From Octopus vulgaris (taxonomy: Eukaryota), in assembly GCA_951406725.2 (NCBI GenBank), contig OX597815.1:198586001-198650000 (forward strand): a stretch of 64,000 nucleotides of DNA, read 5' to 3'. Both the position numbers and the translations under genes were made by a program. The stretch's first letter is position 1. Each line of letters begins with the position of its first letter. Below are positions 26,693 to 38,875 of this stretch, piece after piece. The notes under the pieces are model-generated. The model saw nothing but the letters and a program-made list of their open reading frames with translations, ran no database searches and had not been told where the DNA came from.

Positions 26693-27698
26693 TATTATAT
26701 AGACGCAAGATAAACTTCTCATTAATTTGCATAGAAATGCAAGTTATTCGAGGTACCAATCGATGCTCTCGGTTCGATTTATACCAAAGTTCAGAGAACG
26801 ACCGGTCAGCTACATTGCATAACACGAACTATATATTTATAAAGTCCTTCATGTTTCTATTGTATAGTAAGCATTATTGCTCACTAGCTTGCATTTGTCT
26901 ATATAAATATGCTGTCTTCACTAAGTATTATCAAATATCCTCTGATCCTATCGTATATTTAAATACATGTATGCGATCCCGAATTCTTCATAACACAAGG
27001 ATTGGTTTATTAAGCGGCGCATTGGCAAAGAGTCGGAGGAAAAGCCTTCAACTATTTATCTATGCTTCAGCTCTCATCTTTATCATCCTCGGTGAAATTT
27101 GATTGCTCTTCTCCTTTCGACATTAATCCAGCGCTTTGCGTCCCATGTTCATAGGCTGGAGACCTAATTCGTCGCTTAGAATATGTACTACTACCTGGTC
27201 ACTGGGTGTGTTTGCCAGTGACCAGTTGAGGTTAAAAACTTTTCCAGTTTTTCAACATCCCTGGCTTAACTTCAAATGAGAAGAAGATCCTTCATTCCGC
27301 ACACCAGTTACTGGGGCACTGAAAATATAGACAGGTAGGTAGACAGGTAGGTAGGTAGATAGGTAGGTAGGTAGGTAAGTAGGTAGGTAGGTAGGTAGGT
27401 AGATAGATGGATAGATCGATCGATGGATAGAGAGAGAGAAAAAAAAGGGATGGAGAGATGAAGAGATATATAGAGAGAGTTAGAGATATAGTTTTGCTGA
27501 GATTTTCCTTGAGAACACATTCTTCTTGGTAATGGCGATTTGACGTATATGTTTAGTATATTAGGTGTCCACTTTAGAGGTCATCTCTCTTAATTTGTGT
27601 ATATAGAGAGAGTAAGGAGAGAGAGAGAGAGAGATTGATACGACAAACTGCTTTCAGTTTTTATCAACCAAATTCCATCAACCTTTTGGACAATTATA

Positions 27699-27953
27699 TT
27701 CTTTTGTTCTTTTATTTCTTTCAGCCATTTGCCTGTGGCCATGCTGGAGCACCGCCTTTAGTCGAGCAAATTGACCCCAGTACTTATTCTATCGGTATCT
27801 TTTGCCAAACCACTAAGTTACGGGCACGTAAACACAACAGCATCGGTTGTCAAGCGATTTTGAGGACACAAACACAGACACACAAACATACACACACACA
27901 CATATATATGCACACACACATTCACCAACGCACACACATACACACACGCACAC

Positions 27954-28005
<52 letters not shown>

Positions 28006-28262
28006 GATGGGTTTTTCTCAGTTTCCGTCTACCGAATCCAGTCACAATGATTTGGTCAACCCGAGGCTATAGTAGAAAACATTTGCCCAAGGTACCCCGC
28101 ATTAGGACTGTACCCGGAACCATGTGGTTCGTAAGCAAGCTACTAACCACAAAACCACTCTTGCACCTATAGTAGAAGAAACTTGCCCAAGGTGCTACGC
28201 AGTGGCACAAAACCCGGGACTTTGTGGTTTAGAGGCAAACTTCTTATCACGCAGTCGCGCTC
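27699..28262 (-). mobile_element. SINE family B full copy plus a second tandem head fragment (28168-28262)
   Basis: Reverse complement of the family B head, internal microsatellite and tail. Confidence 0.85.
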
Positions 28263-28563
28263 ATATACAAACAAATAGTTAAAAGGTGCTACATAGAAAG
28301 GTATTCCTATATTGTAATATGTATGTATTCTTATGCCTATATACATACACAGGTATACACATAGATGTATAAACCTGATATAGTACAGTTTAAATTGAGG
28401 AAGTTTTACATTTGGCAAATGAACAGCTCTACAACGAACTAGAATTTTGTTTTGGCTGTGGCCAATGTTTATATCAAATAAAGAAATAGACATAACATAT
28501 CTCGTATATATCCACGTAAAGAAAATATGCTTATATTTACCCGTTTAAACATTCCAGAACATA

Positions 28564-29074
28564 CAGTAATACCACGACTCATTACGTTTCACTTATTGTG
28601 CACTCGATACATCGCGGTTCACCTATCACGCACTCAATACATCGCGGATTTTTCTGGCTAATATATGTGAATTTATTTTGCGGATCCATTAGAATATCGT
28701 GGGTTTCTCAGGCCGAGAGGTATTTATAATTTTTTTTATATTTTAATAATTTCTGTTGTAAAATAATCATTTTCACGCCTGAAAATTAATAAATGAAAAT
28801 ACAGTACAGTACTGCACTACATAACACATTAATTAAAATATATTAAAAGAAAATACGTAGTGTGCCGTGGATGAGTAAACAAAGAATAGCACGTACTGTA
28901 TGGAAAATAAAACTCGGAGTTGAGTGTGTGGTACTGTTTTGCATTTATAATAAAATAAATATATACAAATTATAAAAAATGATTTAAAAAAATATATACA
29001 CAATACAGTACATTTTCTACTCCGCAGATTTTCACCCATCGCGGGAGATTTAGAAACGTAACACCCGCGATAGT
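28564..29074. mobile_element. pogo/Tigger-like non-autonomous DNA transposon, right end truncated
   Basis: TA-CAGTAATACC start, repeated ATCGCGG motifs and terminal CCCGCGATAGT, typical of Tigger-type TIR regions. Confidence 0.55.
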
Positions 29075-29379
29075 TCTTTCTGCAGACAACATCTGCAAAC
29101 AAATACTTATATATAGTATAGGCATGTAGAATCACATACACACTCACACACTCACAAACACTCACACACATATTTACTTGCACACTCAAACACAGATATA
29201 TACAGAGAGAGAGATTATGAGAAAGGGAGAGAAATGCAGAAAGTGAAGGGGCGGAAGAAATTTTGGGGCGAACTAATACAACAGATTTTCATTTCAAGTC
29301 TTAAAAATTCAATGGTTTGTTAACAGTGCAAAACTTTCAGTCCACAGCATTGGATTTCAAATACTATACTGCATTATGT

Positions 29380-30355
29380 CTAATAACTGCTTTTGGTATC
29401 GGCACAAAAACTGTAATTGAGGGAGATGAGCAAATTCCACAACTAGAGTGGTACTTCAGTTTATCAACTCCTGTGGGACGAAAGCTAAACTTCTCCTCAT
29501 CGTGATTGGAACTCAGAATTTTGTGTCAGACGAAAGACGTTAAAGTGACATATTCACACTAAAATTATTATCTATTTCTTTACTACCTACAAGGGACTAA
29601 ACAGAGAGAGGACAAACAAGGACAGACAAACGGATTAAGTCGGTTACAGCGACCCCAGTGCGTAACTGGTACTTAATTTATCGACCCCGAAAGGATGAAA
29701 GGCAAAGTCGATCTCGGCGGAATTTGATCTCAGAACGTAGCGGCAGACAAAATACCGATTTCTTTACTACTCACAAGGAGCTAAACACAGAGGGGACAAA
29801 CAAGGACAGACAAACGGTTTAAGTCGATTATATCGACCCCAGTGCGTAACTGGTACTTAATTTATCGACCCCGAAAGGATGAAAGGCAAAGTCGACCTCG
29901 GCGGAATTTGAACTCAGAACGTAACGGCAAACGAAATACGGCTACGCATTTCGCCCGGCGTGTTAACGCTTCTGCCCGCTCGCCACCTTTTCACATAAAG
30001 GCAGACGAAATATTGTCAAGCATTTCGCCCGCCGTGCTAATGATTCTTATGTCTTTATTGCCCACAATGGGCTAAACATAGAGAAGACAAACAAGGACAA
30101 ACAAACGGATTAAGTCGATTATATCGACCCCAGTGCGTAACTTGTACTTAATTTATCGACCCTGAAAGGAGGAAAGGCAAAGTCGACCTCGGCGGAATTT
30201 GAACTCAGAACGTAACGGCAAACGAAATACGGCTACGCATTTCGTCCGGCGTTTTAACGCTTCTGCCCGCTCGCCACCTTTTCACATAAAGGCAGACGAA
30301 ATATTGTCAAGCATTTCGACCGCCGTGCTAATGATTCTGCCAGCTCACCCCCTTT
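29380..30355 (-). mobile_element. SINE family A multimer array (plus an old copy at 29380-29545)
   Basis: Three GACCC.GAAAGGA.GAAAGGCAAAGTCGA bodies in tandem, plus a duplicated head segment. Confidence 0.9.
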
Positions 30356-31223
30356 CACACACAAATTATTATCGAAATTAAAAGTCCAGTCCAAAAACAG
30401 TAATTCAGTGTCTCCTCGTGCGCATGAATTTAGTCTCCATCGTATTATTTAAAAGCAAATAGTCTTATTTTAGCGACCATTATACTATATATTAAAAAAA
30501 TATTCTATATATATTTTTTTCACTTTCGCTGACTAACATAATTCAAACAACAAACATTGTGTTCTAAGTAAATGTCTTGCGCGAATGAGCATAAAAATAT
30601 CTCATAACCTTTAATATAGGTTTGGCATACATCCAAATACTTCACCTTCATGTAATGCGTCAAGTGCAAGTTAACCTAATGGAATCTATCCTTTTCAAGC
30701 CATTTAGCTTGACAAGAAATCGTAGTGTATGAGTAATACATGAAACGAATGGATAAGCAGGAAATTTACTTTCATTCCACAGTACTAAATAATGCTAGCC
30801 GAAGTATTTTCCTTTCAGGTCAGATTGTAAGGACAATTTATTAGCACACGATCAAAATCGACTCGTTTACAACAGTTAGAAAAGCCCGCACATTCATTAT
30901 GTAAAGGGACATGCGAAGGGAATAGATTTTAAAGGATATGATTAAATTCACAGAGATCTCGATGTGCGACTATCAGCAACATATCATAGAGTACAAGCGT
31001 ATATATGCTATATTATTTCCCAGAGTATTCGATTTTGAAAGAAATGCAAAAATGTGCTAAACTTATCCGGAACAACTGATTATGGTCAGTGAAACTAAGC
31101 TGACCATAAACTGACGTATGGCCAGTCATTTGCCTAAGCACTTCCTCTGGATAAATCATGGTAATAATGATTGCGTATACACGCAACAGCATTCCCTCAG
31201 TATGTACACTTACACAACACAAG

Positions 31224-31380
31224 TGCGTGGCTGAGTGGTAAGAAGCTTGCTTCCCTACCACATGGTGCCGGGTTCAGTCCCACTGCGTGGTACTTTGGAC
31301 AGGATATTTCTACTGTAGCCTCGGGCTGACCAAAACCTTGTGAGTGGATTTGGCAGATGAGAACTGAAAGGAGCCCGCCG

Positions 31381-31427
<47 letters not shown>

Positions 31428-31630
31428 TCGCGTGTGTGTGTCCGTCCGCCATCAATTAACAACCGATGGTGGCGTGTTCATGCCCCCGTAACCTAGCGGT
31501 TCAGCAAGAGAGACCGATAGAATAAGTACTAGGCATACAAAGAATAATTTCTTCAACTAAAATCTTTCAAGGCGGTGCTCCAGCATGACCGCAGTCAAAC
31601 GACTGAAGCAAGTAAAAGAATAAAAGAATA
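31224..31630 (+). mobile_element. SINE family B
   Basis: GTGGCTGAGTGGTAAG...GGTTCAGTCCC...(TG)n...GCTCCAGCATGACCGCAGTC...AAAAGAATAAAAG tail. Confidence 0.9.
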
Positions 31631-31725
31631 TATATATATATATATACAGAGAGAGAGAGAGAGAGTGAGAGAGAGGCAGACAGACAGACAGATATACAGA
31701 GACAGAAAGGCAGAGACAACGAGCT

Positions 31726-32145
31726 GGCGGCGAGCTGGCAGAATCGTTAGCACGCCGGGCGAAATGCGTAGCCATATTTCGTCTGCCGTTAGTTCTGAGT
31801 TCAAATTCCGCCGAGGTCGACTTTGCATTTCATCCTTTCGGGGTCGATTAAATAAGTACTAGTTACGCACTGGGGTCGATATAATCGACTTAATCCGTTT
31901 GTCTGTACTTGTTTGTCCTCTCTCTATTTAGCCCCTTGTGGGTAGTAAAGAAATAGGTATTTCGTATGCCGCTACGTTCTGAGTTCAAATTCCGCCGAGG
32001 ACGATTTTGCCGTTCATCCTTTCGGGGTCGATTAAATAAGTACCAGTTACGCACTGGGGTCGATATAATCATCTTAATCCGTTTGTCTGTCCTTGTTTTT
32101 CCCCTCTGTGTGTAGCACCTTGTGGGCAGTAAACAAATAAAAAAA
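31726..32145 (+). mobile_element. SINE family A dimer
   Basis: Head GGCGGCGAGCTGGCAGAATCG; two bodies joined at AAAGAAATA/GGTATTTCG. Confidence 0.9.
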
Positions 32146-32518
32146 GGCAGAGAGAGAAAGTAAGACTGACGGATGTGTACATGTATCTGGTCATCTCCAC
32201 ACACAAATCAATATATGAATATATATTTTAGAATCAGCCAATATCTACAAGTAATAGCACTTCTAGGGGGATGCACTGTAACAGCATGTCGTTGTGTATA
32301 CCATTTGTTGGTGATTCTCTAATCTTGGTGATGAAGCCTCTGCACCACGCAGATGACAGCCCTTCAACCCATGAGTTTGTGTTGGGTAGTTGTAAGCTTG
32401 TGAGGATTTTATGAGGTCAAATTGCAAATCCTACATCATCCACACTTAGTCACCATTCGTGACACACAAAGAAAACGTTGAGCTTATTCTTTGGCATGGT
32501 AGCCACCGCATAGCACAA

Positions 32519-32632
32519 GAGCAATGTGAAACTAAGTGCTTTGCTCATGCGCACAACACTTTCCGGGAATCGAACCCATGGTCGCAGGGGTGTGAGTGCA
32601 ACGCCCTAAATACTTGGCGAAGCGCCTTCACA
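32519..32632 (-). mobile_element. SINE family C head fragment
   Basis: AAGTGCTTTGCTCA...CACAAC...GGAATCGAACC...GCGCCTTCAC. Confidence 0.55.
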
Positions 32633-33556
32633 AGTCAAATAGACCGTGAAAATTACGCAGTGAAAATGACGAAATTATCAATCACCGAATCCAATACTCT
32701 TTTTGTCTTTATAGTTCGATACCTTATTGATCTGCTAAAATACGACAAATAAGTGTCTGTATTTTTTCTTTCAATATTTTGGTACCAAGGAGAAATTTTC
32801 TCACTATCATTCGTTCATTCCAGCGAATGTTTTTACATGTGATCTTAGAGAAACATTACATGCAAAGTTATTACAAAGAAGTAAATTTTGTCTACGTTAA
32901 TTGTATTAGAAAGAATAAACAATTATAAATTAAAACATTTAAATATTCCAGACGAATACATATAATTTAAAGAGGTTATTCCAAATCTGAGGCAATATAA
33001 TTAACGGTTACTTGCGATAATTCTATTCAAAACGAAGAAAATAAAATACAGTTTTAAATCACTAATAAGTAGAATTGCACACAAGTCTATATTAAGGCGT
33101 GTGTGAATTAGTGCCTATATATATCTATGCATATAGAAACATCTACACATATAAAATGCATGCACATACACATATGCATATATATATACATATCCTATAA
33201 CATCTCAAAAGTGTATACAAATGTGGAACAGCACCAGCTGATACATTCTCTCCCTCAGAAATTTCTCAAAGAGACTTGAGTACTAAGAAACACAAAAGTT
33301 CATTTAAGATGTCTTAAGAGGATTATCAGACAGAGTGTTTCAACTTCATTATATCTCCTCAGTTCCGTACGTTCCGGTCGTTTAGTGCTAAATTGAAGTG
33401 TTCGTTTTGACACTGGAAAGGTGTAAACGAAACTTTTGCTGGTTCGTGCAACATATGAAGATAAAATAGAATCAACATACGCACTTCAAATAGCTTCACA
33501 TAAAAATATAATGACCTGTACCATTACCATATATATACATACATGCATACATACAT

Positions 33557-33587
<31 letters not shown>

Positions 33588-33588
<1 letters not shown>

Positions 33589-33830
33589 GTAAAATAATAT
33601 GGGACAATTATTCAATAAGCCAAGATAAAACTCTGAGTTTCGGATGCCGTATTTCAGATGGCCAGATAACCGAAGAGATGGTGTTGTAAATTTCCACCTC
33701 GGCATCCGAAACTCGGAGTTTTATCTTGGCTATTGAATAATTGTCACATATTATTTTACAGATAAATTTCCTCCTATTTACATAATATTGAGGTCTCTTT
33801 CTTTCTTTTGTTATCTTACCGCTTTTACCA
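33588..33830 (+). mobile_element. Fold-back element in (TA)n containing a hammerhead-like motif (33661-33730)
   Basis: ~61-bp inverted arms 33588-33649 and 33700-33760; GCCAGATAA-CCGAAGA-GATG...CATCC-GAAA-CTCGGAG-TT-TTATCTTGGC. Confidence 0.75.
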
Positions 33831-33854
33831 ATATATATATATATATATATATAT

Positions 33855-34451
33855 ATCAATCAATATAAGGGTAACAAAAAATTCAAGAAAAATTTTCTGC
33901 CACCAGCGGTCAAGTGAGAAAATAGAAATAGTCACAGACTATATGATACATTCAACAAAATATTAAAGAATGACCCTGAGAAGGTCGTTCGACTCACTTG
34001 AAAAGAGCAGCTAAAACTCAAAACCGCAAAAAATAGTAATTCTGAAACTAGAGGAAAATAAAAAAACATTTATCCCCTTCAAACTTTGTACCCTGCAAGG
34101 TTTCAACATCTTCACGCAATCAAATTTAATTAAATTAAATTAAATCCATTTACGCTTGGCTTGTCTCGTCAGCAAAGTCAACAAAATAGGAGGCAGATAT
34201 ATATACACGAGGCTACACCATCTAAGCCTCGGGTCTATATATCGTAAATTTTCGAATTCACCGTAATCGCGCCATCTACTCCGCAGCAAATATAAGTTGC
34301 TGATACAGATTTCAGAATTAGTCAAAAATTCATTAATCAATCAATATAAGGGTAACAAAAAATTCAAGAAAGATTTTCTGCCACAAGCGGTCAAGTGAGA
34401 AAATAGAAATAGTCACAGACTATATGATACATTCAACAAAATATTAAGGAA

Positions 34452-34454
<3 letters not shown>
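33855..34454 (-). mobile_element. Retrozyme-like / non-autonomous Penelope-like element: 481-bp unit with 119-bp terminal direct repeat, in (TA)n
   Basis: 33855-33973 is repeated at 34336-34454 (3 mismatches seen); (TA)n on both sides; internal hammerhead. Confidence 0.75.
34082..34179 (-). ncRNA. Type I hammerhead ribozyme
   Basis: Minus strand GACTTTG-CTGACGA-GACA...TGTT-GAAA-CCTTGCAGGG-TA-CAAAGTT: 7-bp stem I, complete CUGANGA/GAAA core, extended stem II, near-palindromic stem III, GUA cleavage triplet (cut between 34089 and 34088). Confidence 0.85.
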
Positions 34455-34513
<59 letters not shown>

Positions 34514-34784
34514 GAGTAAATGCGCTAAGCAGTATTTACGTATAATCACAATTTAGGTTAGTTGAAAATTGTTTGTCACATATTTCAACTGCTATTTAAT
34601 ATTTCTTCACAAATATCTTTTCCCCCTTGTTCTCTCGCTTTGTACTTTCCAGGCATTTTCGATCAAATCTACCGCGAATTGACATGGAATCCGTTGATGG
34701 AAATGTAAACTTCATTTGCTTAAGGTGTCTTCGAGGTTCATTTCGCCATGAAGCATGTAGGCTGGATTCCATTCCATAATTTTG

Positions 34785-34988
34785 TATATATATATATATA
34801 TACGTACATATATATATATATATGTATGTATGTATATATGTATGTATGTATATATGTATGTATGTATATATGTATGTATGTATATATGTATATATATATA
34901 TATATGTATGTATGTATATATGTATATGTATGTATGTATATATGTATATATATATGTATGTATGTATATATGTATATATATATGTATG

Positions 34989-35049
<61 letters not shown>

Positions 35050-35085
35050 GTATGTATATGTATGTATATATATATATGTATGTAT

Positions 35086-35153
<68 letters not shown>

Positions 35154-35218
35154 GTATGTATATATATATATATATGTATGTATATATATATATATGTATG
35201 TATATATATATATGTATA

Positions 35219-35281
<63 letters not shown>

Positions 35282-35334
35282 GTATATATATATATATGTA
35301 TGTATATATATATATATGTATGTATATATATATG

Positions 35335-35413
<79 letters not shown>

Positions 35414-35500
35414 GTATGTATATATATATGTATATATATATATGTATGTATATATATATATATGTATGTATATATATATGTATATATATATATATGTATG

Positions 35501-35531
<31 letters not shown>

Positions 35532-35572
35532 TATATATATATATATATGTTATATATATATATATGTATATA

Positions 35573-35620
<48 letters not shown>
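34785..35620. repeat. Very long (TA)n/(TATG)n/(TG)n microsatellite
   Basis: Direct inspection. Confidence 0.95.
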
Positions 35621-35812
35621 GCTCTATATTTAAGAGATGAGGAATTATACAATTGACGGATATTTGCCCTTATCTTGTTAGCTGTTAAGACAACATTTCA
35701 GCTGATATACCCTCCAGCCTTCATCAGGTGTATTGAGGAAATTTCGAACTTGGGTTCTCAATCCCAAATTTTATTTAATTTGCTTTGCGTCTTCCCCCTA
35801 CCTTCGAAATGT

Positions 35813-35815
<3 letters not shown>
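35620..35815 (-). mobile_element. Short (TA)n-embedded element with a minimal hammerhead-like motif (35686-35733)
   Basis: Minus strand ACAC-CTGATGA-A-GGCTG GAGGGTATAT CAGCT-GAAA-TG-TT-GTCT; flanked on both sides by (TA)n. Confidence 0.65.
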
Positions 35816-35886
<71 letters not shown>

Positions 35887-36312
35887 CATGTATGTATATA
35901 TGTATGTATAATAGAATATTCTGTCAAGTGCGTTTATTGTTAATTTTGTTTGCCAGCTTTTGCAAAAAAAATATCAATTATTTCTCTTCCTATTTTCAGA
36001 AAGAACGTTTCGTCTTAACTTACAATGTATGTGTGTTACTGTAAGTGAGAAAACCAAAACTCCTGGGATAATATGGCGACAATAATACAAGTAGGATCTG
36101 CACTTTTATTTTCAAGAAGCAAGTATATTTGAAAGGTTTCTCTCCGACAATGTCTCTAACTAGCACAGCTTTATCTTTGTATATATATATATATCTTTCA
36201 ACTATTTACTTTTCATTGTTTCCTCGCTCTTCAAAAACACGTATGTAGGTAGATAAATGGATATAACTCGTTTACACCACATGTCTTCTGTGTTTTTTTT
36301 TTTGTGAATTCT

Positions 36313-36350
<38 letters not shown>

Positions 36351-36829
36351 GGTGAAATATAATTAATATAATAAAATTAATAAATTTCACCTAGTAGTTT
36401 TTTCGGCATGGAAATGACCATATTTAGTAAGGATTGTATTAATCATAATAAAGGGTTAAACGGGTTACAAATTCTGTTTGGTTGTGGAGACTTTTTTTTA
36501 CTAGTAGTAGAAATAGTGACCTATTTGGCTGCTATTTCTAATATTTTCGGTATGTGGTTTTGAACAACTTGTTGCAATTAACCCTTTATTATAATATATA
36601 TATATACCTTGGATATATAACGATCAAAGTATGCTGATTAAAAGACTTACACCATTTAGGCTATATAATGTCAATCACGGTTATGATATAATTGTCACTA
36701 GATCCACATAAGGAATTCCGCAGAGTTCGTTGAGTTTATAAGGAATTCCAGAAGCGGAAAATTTTGTTAGCAAGAACCTTTATTCAACACTGTGTTTATA
36801 CATGTGCAAGAATATATTCTTTTCTACGC

Positions 36830-37655
36830 TAAGCACAAGGCCCGAAATTTGGGGGGAGGTGGCCAGTCGATTAGATCGACCCCAGTACGCAACTGGTACT
36901 TAATTTATCGACCCCGGAAGGAGGAAAGGCAAAGTCGACCTCAGCGGAATTTGAACTCAGTACGTAAAGACAGAAGAAATAACGCTAATCATTTTGCCCG
37001 CTGTGCTAGCGTTTCTTATTTATTTACTGCCCACAAGGGGCTACACACGGAGGGGACAAACGAGAACAGACAAATGGATTAATTCGATTATATCGACCTC
37101 AGTGCGTAACTGGTACTTATTTAATCGACCCGAAAGGAGGAAAGGCAAAGTCGTCCTCGGCAGAATTTGAACTCAGAACGTAACGGCAGACAAAATACCG
37201 CTAAGCATTTGACCCGGTGTGCTAACGTTTCTTATTTCTTTATTGCCCACAAGGGGCGAAACATAGAGGGGCAAACAAAGATATATAAAGGGATTAAGTC
37301 GATTATATCAACCCCAGTACGTAACTAGTACTAATTTAATCGACTCCGAAAGTATAAAAGGCAAAGTCGACCTCGGCGGAATTTGATCTCAGAACGTTAA
37401 AGACAGATGAAATACCTATTTCTATTTCTTTACTACCCATAAGGGGCTAAACACAGAGAGGACAAACAAGGACAGACAAACGGATTAAGTCGATTACATC
37501 GACCCCAGTGCATAACTGGTACTTATTTAATCAACACCGAAAGGTTGAAAGGCAAAGTCAACCTCGGCTGAATTTGAACTCTGAACGTAGCTGCAGACGA
37601 AATACGGCTACGCATTTCGCCCGGCGTGCTATCGATTCTGCCAGCTCGCCGCCTT
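36830..37655 (-). mobile_element. SINE family A tetramer array
   Basis: Four tandem bodies; intact head at ~37655 (GCCAGCTCGCCGCC). Confidence 0.9.
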
Positions 37656-38288
37656 ATGCACAAAAATATATTGCTTTGTATACATTACGTACTTTTCGTA
37701 ATAGAAGTCTGTAGTTTCATTCCCTAAAAAAGGCGCAGGTGTTTCACTTTGCCTCAATTTAAAATACACGTTTTAGTATGGCTCTGACAGTTTCTTCTCC
37801 CTATCTTTGTCACATAAAAAAAAATCAAAATACGAGTATTCATAAAACCATCTGCTAGTAAATTCGCCGCACTTTCTTAATTGCTCTACTTGTCTCGCTT
37901 ATCTTTGTCTTCAATCTTCCCTTGGAGAAAATATTATATTTAATAAAACAAATGTATCTAACCAACAATTTCCACCCATGCTTACAATTCAATAATTGCT
38001 CAGAACACTCAACATAGCCCAATCTTTCACCATATTTTTATACATCTTGAATCTATCATTCTCGTAACAGTACAGCAAAGAATTCCTGTCTAGAACTCGG
38101 TCTCAATCACCTCGTTTTACCAATTCTCCCTCCCTTCCCTTGTTTCTCTTTCGTGTCTCTCTGTAAGTCTAGCTGTCCGTCTGTATGTTTGCGTGTCTGT
38201 TTGTCTGTCGGGCTCTCTCTCTCTCCCACTCTCTCTTAACTGAACGTCTTTATGTTTTATCTATTTTACACGACGAATAGTTATTTGT

Positions 38289-38441
38289 GGCGTAGGAGTG
38301 ACTGTGTGGTAAGTACTTTGCTTCCCAACCACATGATTTCGTGTTCAATCCCACTGCGTAGTACCTTGGGCGAGTGTCTTCTACTATATCATGAGACCAA
38401 TCAAAGCCTTGTGAGTGGATTTGGTAGAATCCAGTCGCGTC

Positions 38442-38490
<49 letters not shown>

Positions 38491-38713
38491 CATGTATATG
38501 TTTGTGCGTCTGTGTTTGTCCCCCCAACATCGCTTGACAACCGATGCTGGTGTGCTTACGTCCCCGTCGTTTAGCGGTTCGGCAAGAAAGACCAATAGTA
38601 CTAGGCTTACAAAGAATATGTCCTGGGGTTGTTTTGCTCTACTAAAGGTGGTGATCCAGCATGGCCGCAGTCAAATGACTGAAACAAATAAAAGAATAAA
38701 ATAATAAAAAGAA
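38289..38713 (+). mobile_element. SINE family B
   Basis: Head, internal (TA)n(TG)n and AAAAGAATAAA tail. Confidence 0.9.
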
Positions 38714-38827
38714 TATAAATATATATAAATTAGAAAAAAAAACCTTTTATCAATTCAATAATGAAAATATATATATATATATATATATATACGCACATAT
38801 ATATAGTTACACACATATGAGTTTAGT

Positions 38828-38875
<48 letters not shown>

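Noticed and set aside
26506-27102. 198-aa ORF
   Set aside because: It starts within a Helitron and runs into AT-rich flank; no recognisable motif.
33325-33368. Hammerhead core on the minus strand (CTGAGGA...GAAA CACTCTG TC)
   Set aside because: Core boxes are present, but stem I cannot form and stem II is mostly wobble pairs; compatible with chance.
34738-35656. Long ORFs rich in Y/I/C/V/M/H/T (also at 3928-4520, 6614-7249, 12428-13077, 42443-43203, 43624-44399, 52581-53046)
   Set aside because: Translations of dinucleotide and tetranucleotide microsatellites that lack stop codons; no protein signal.
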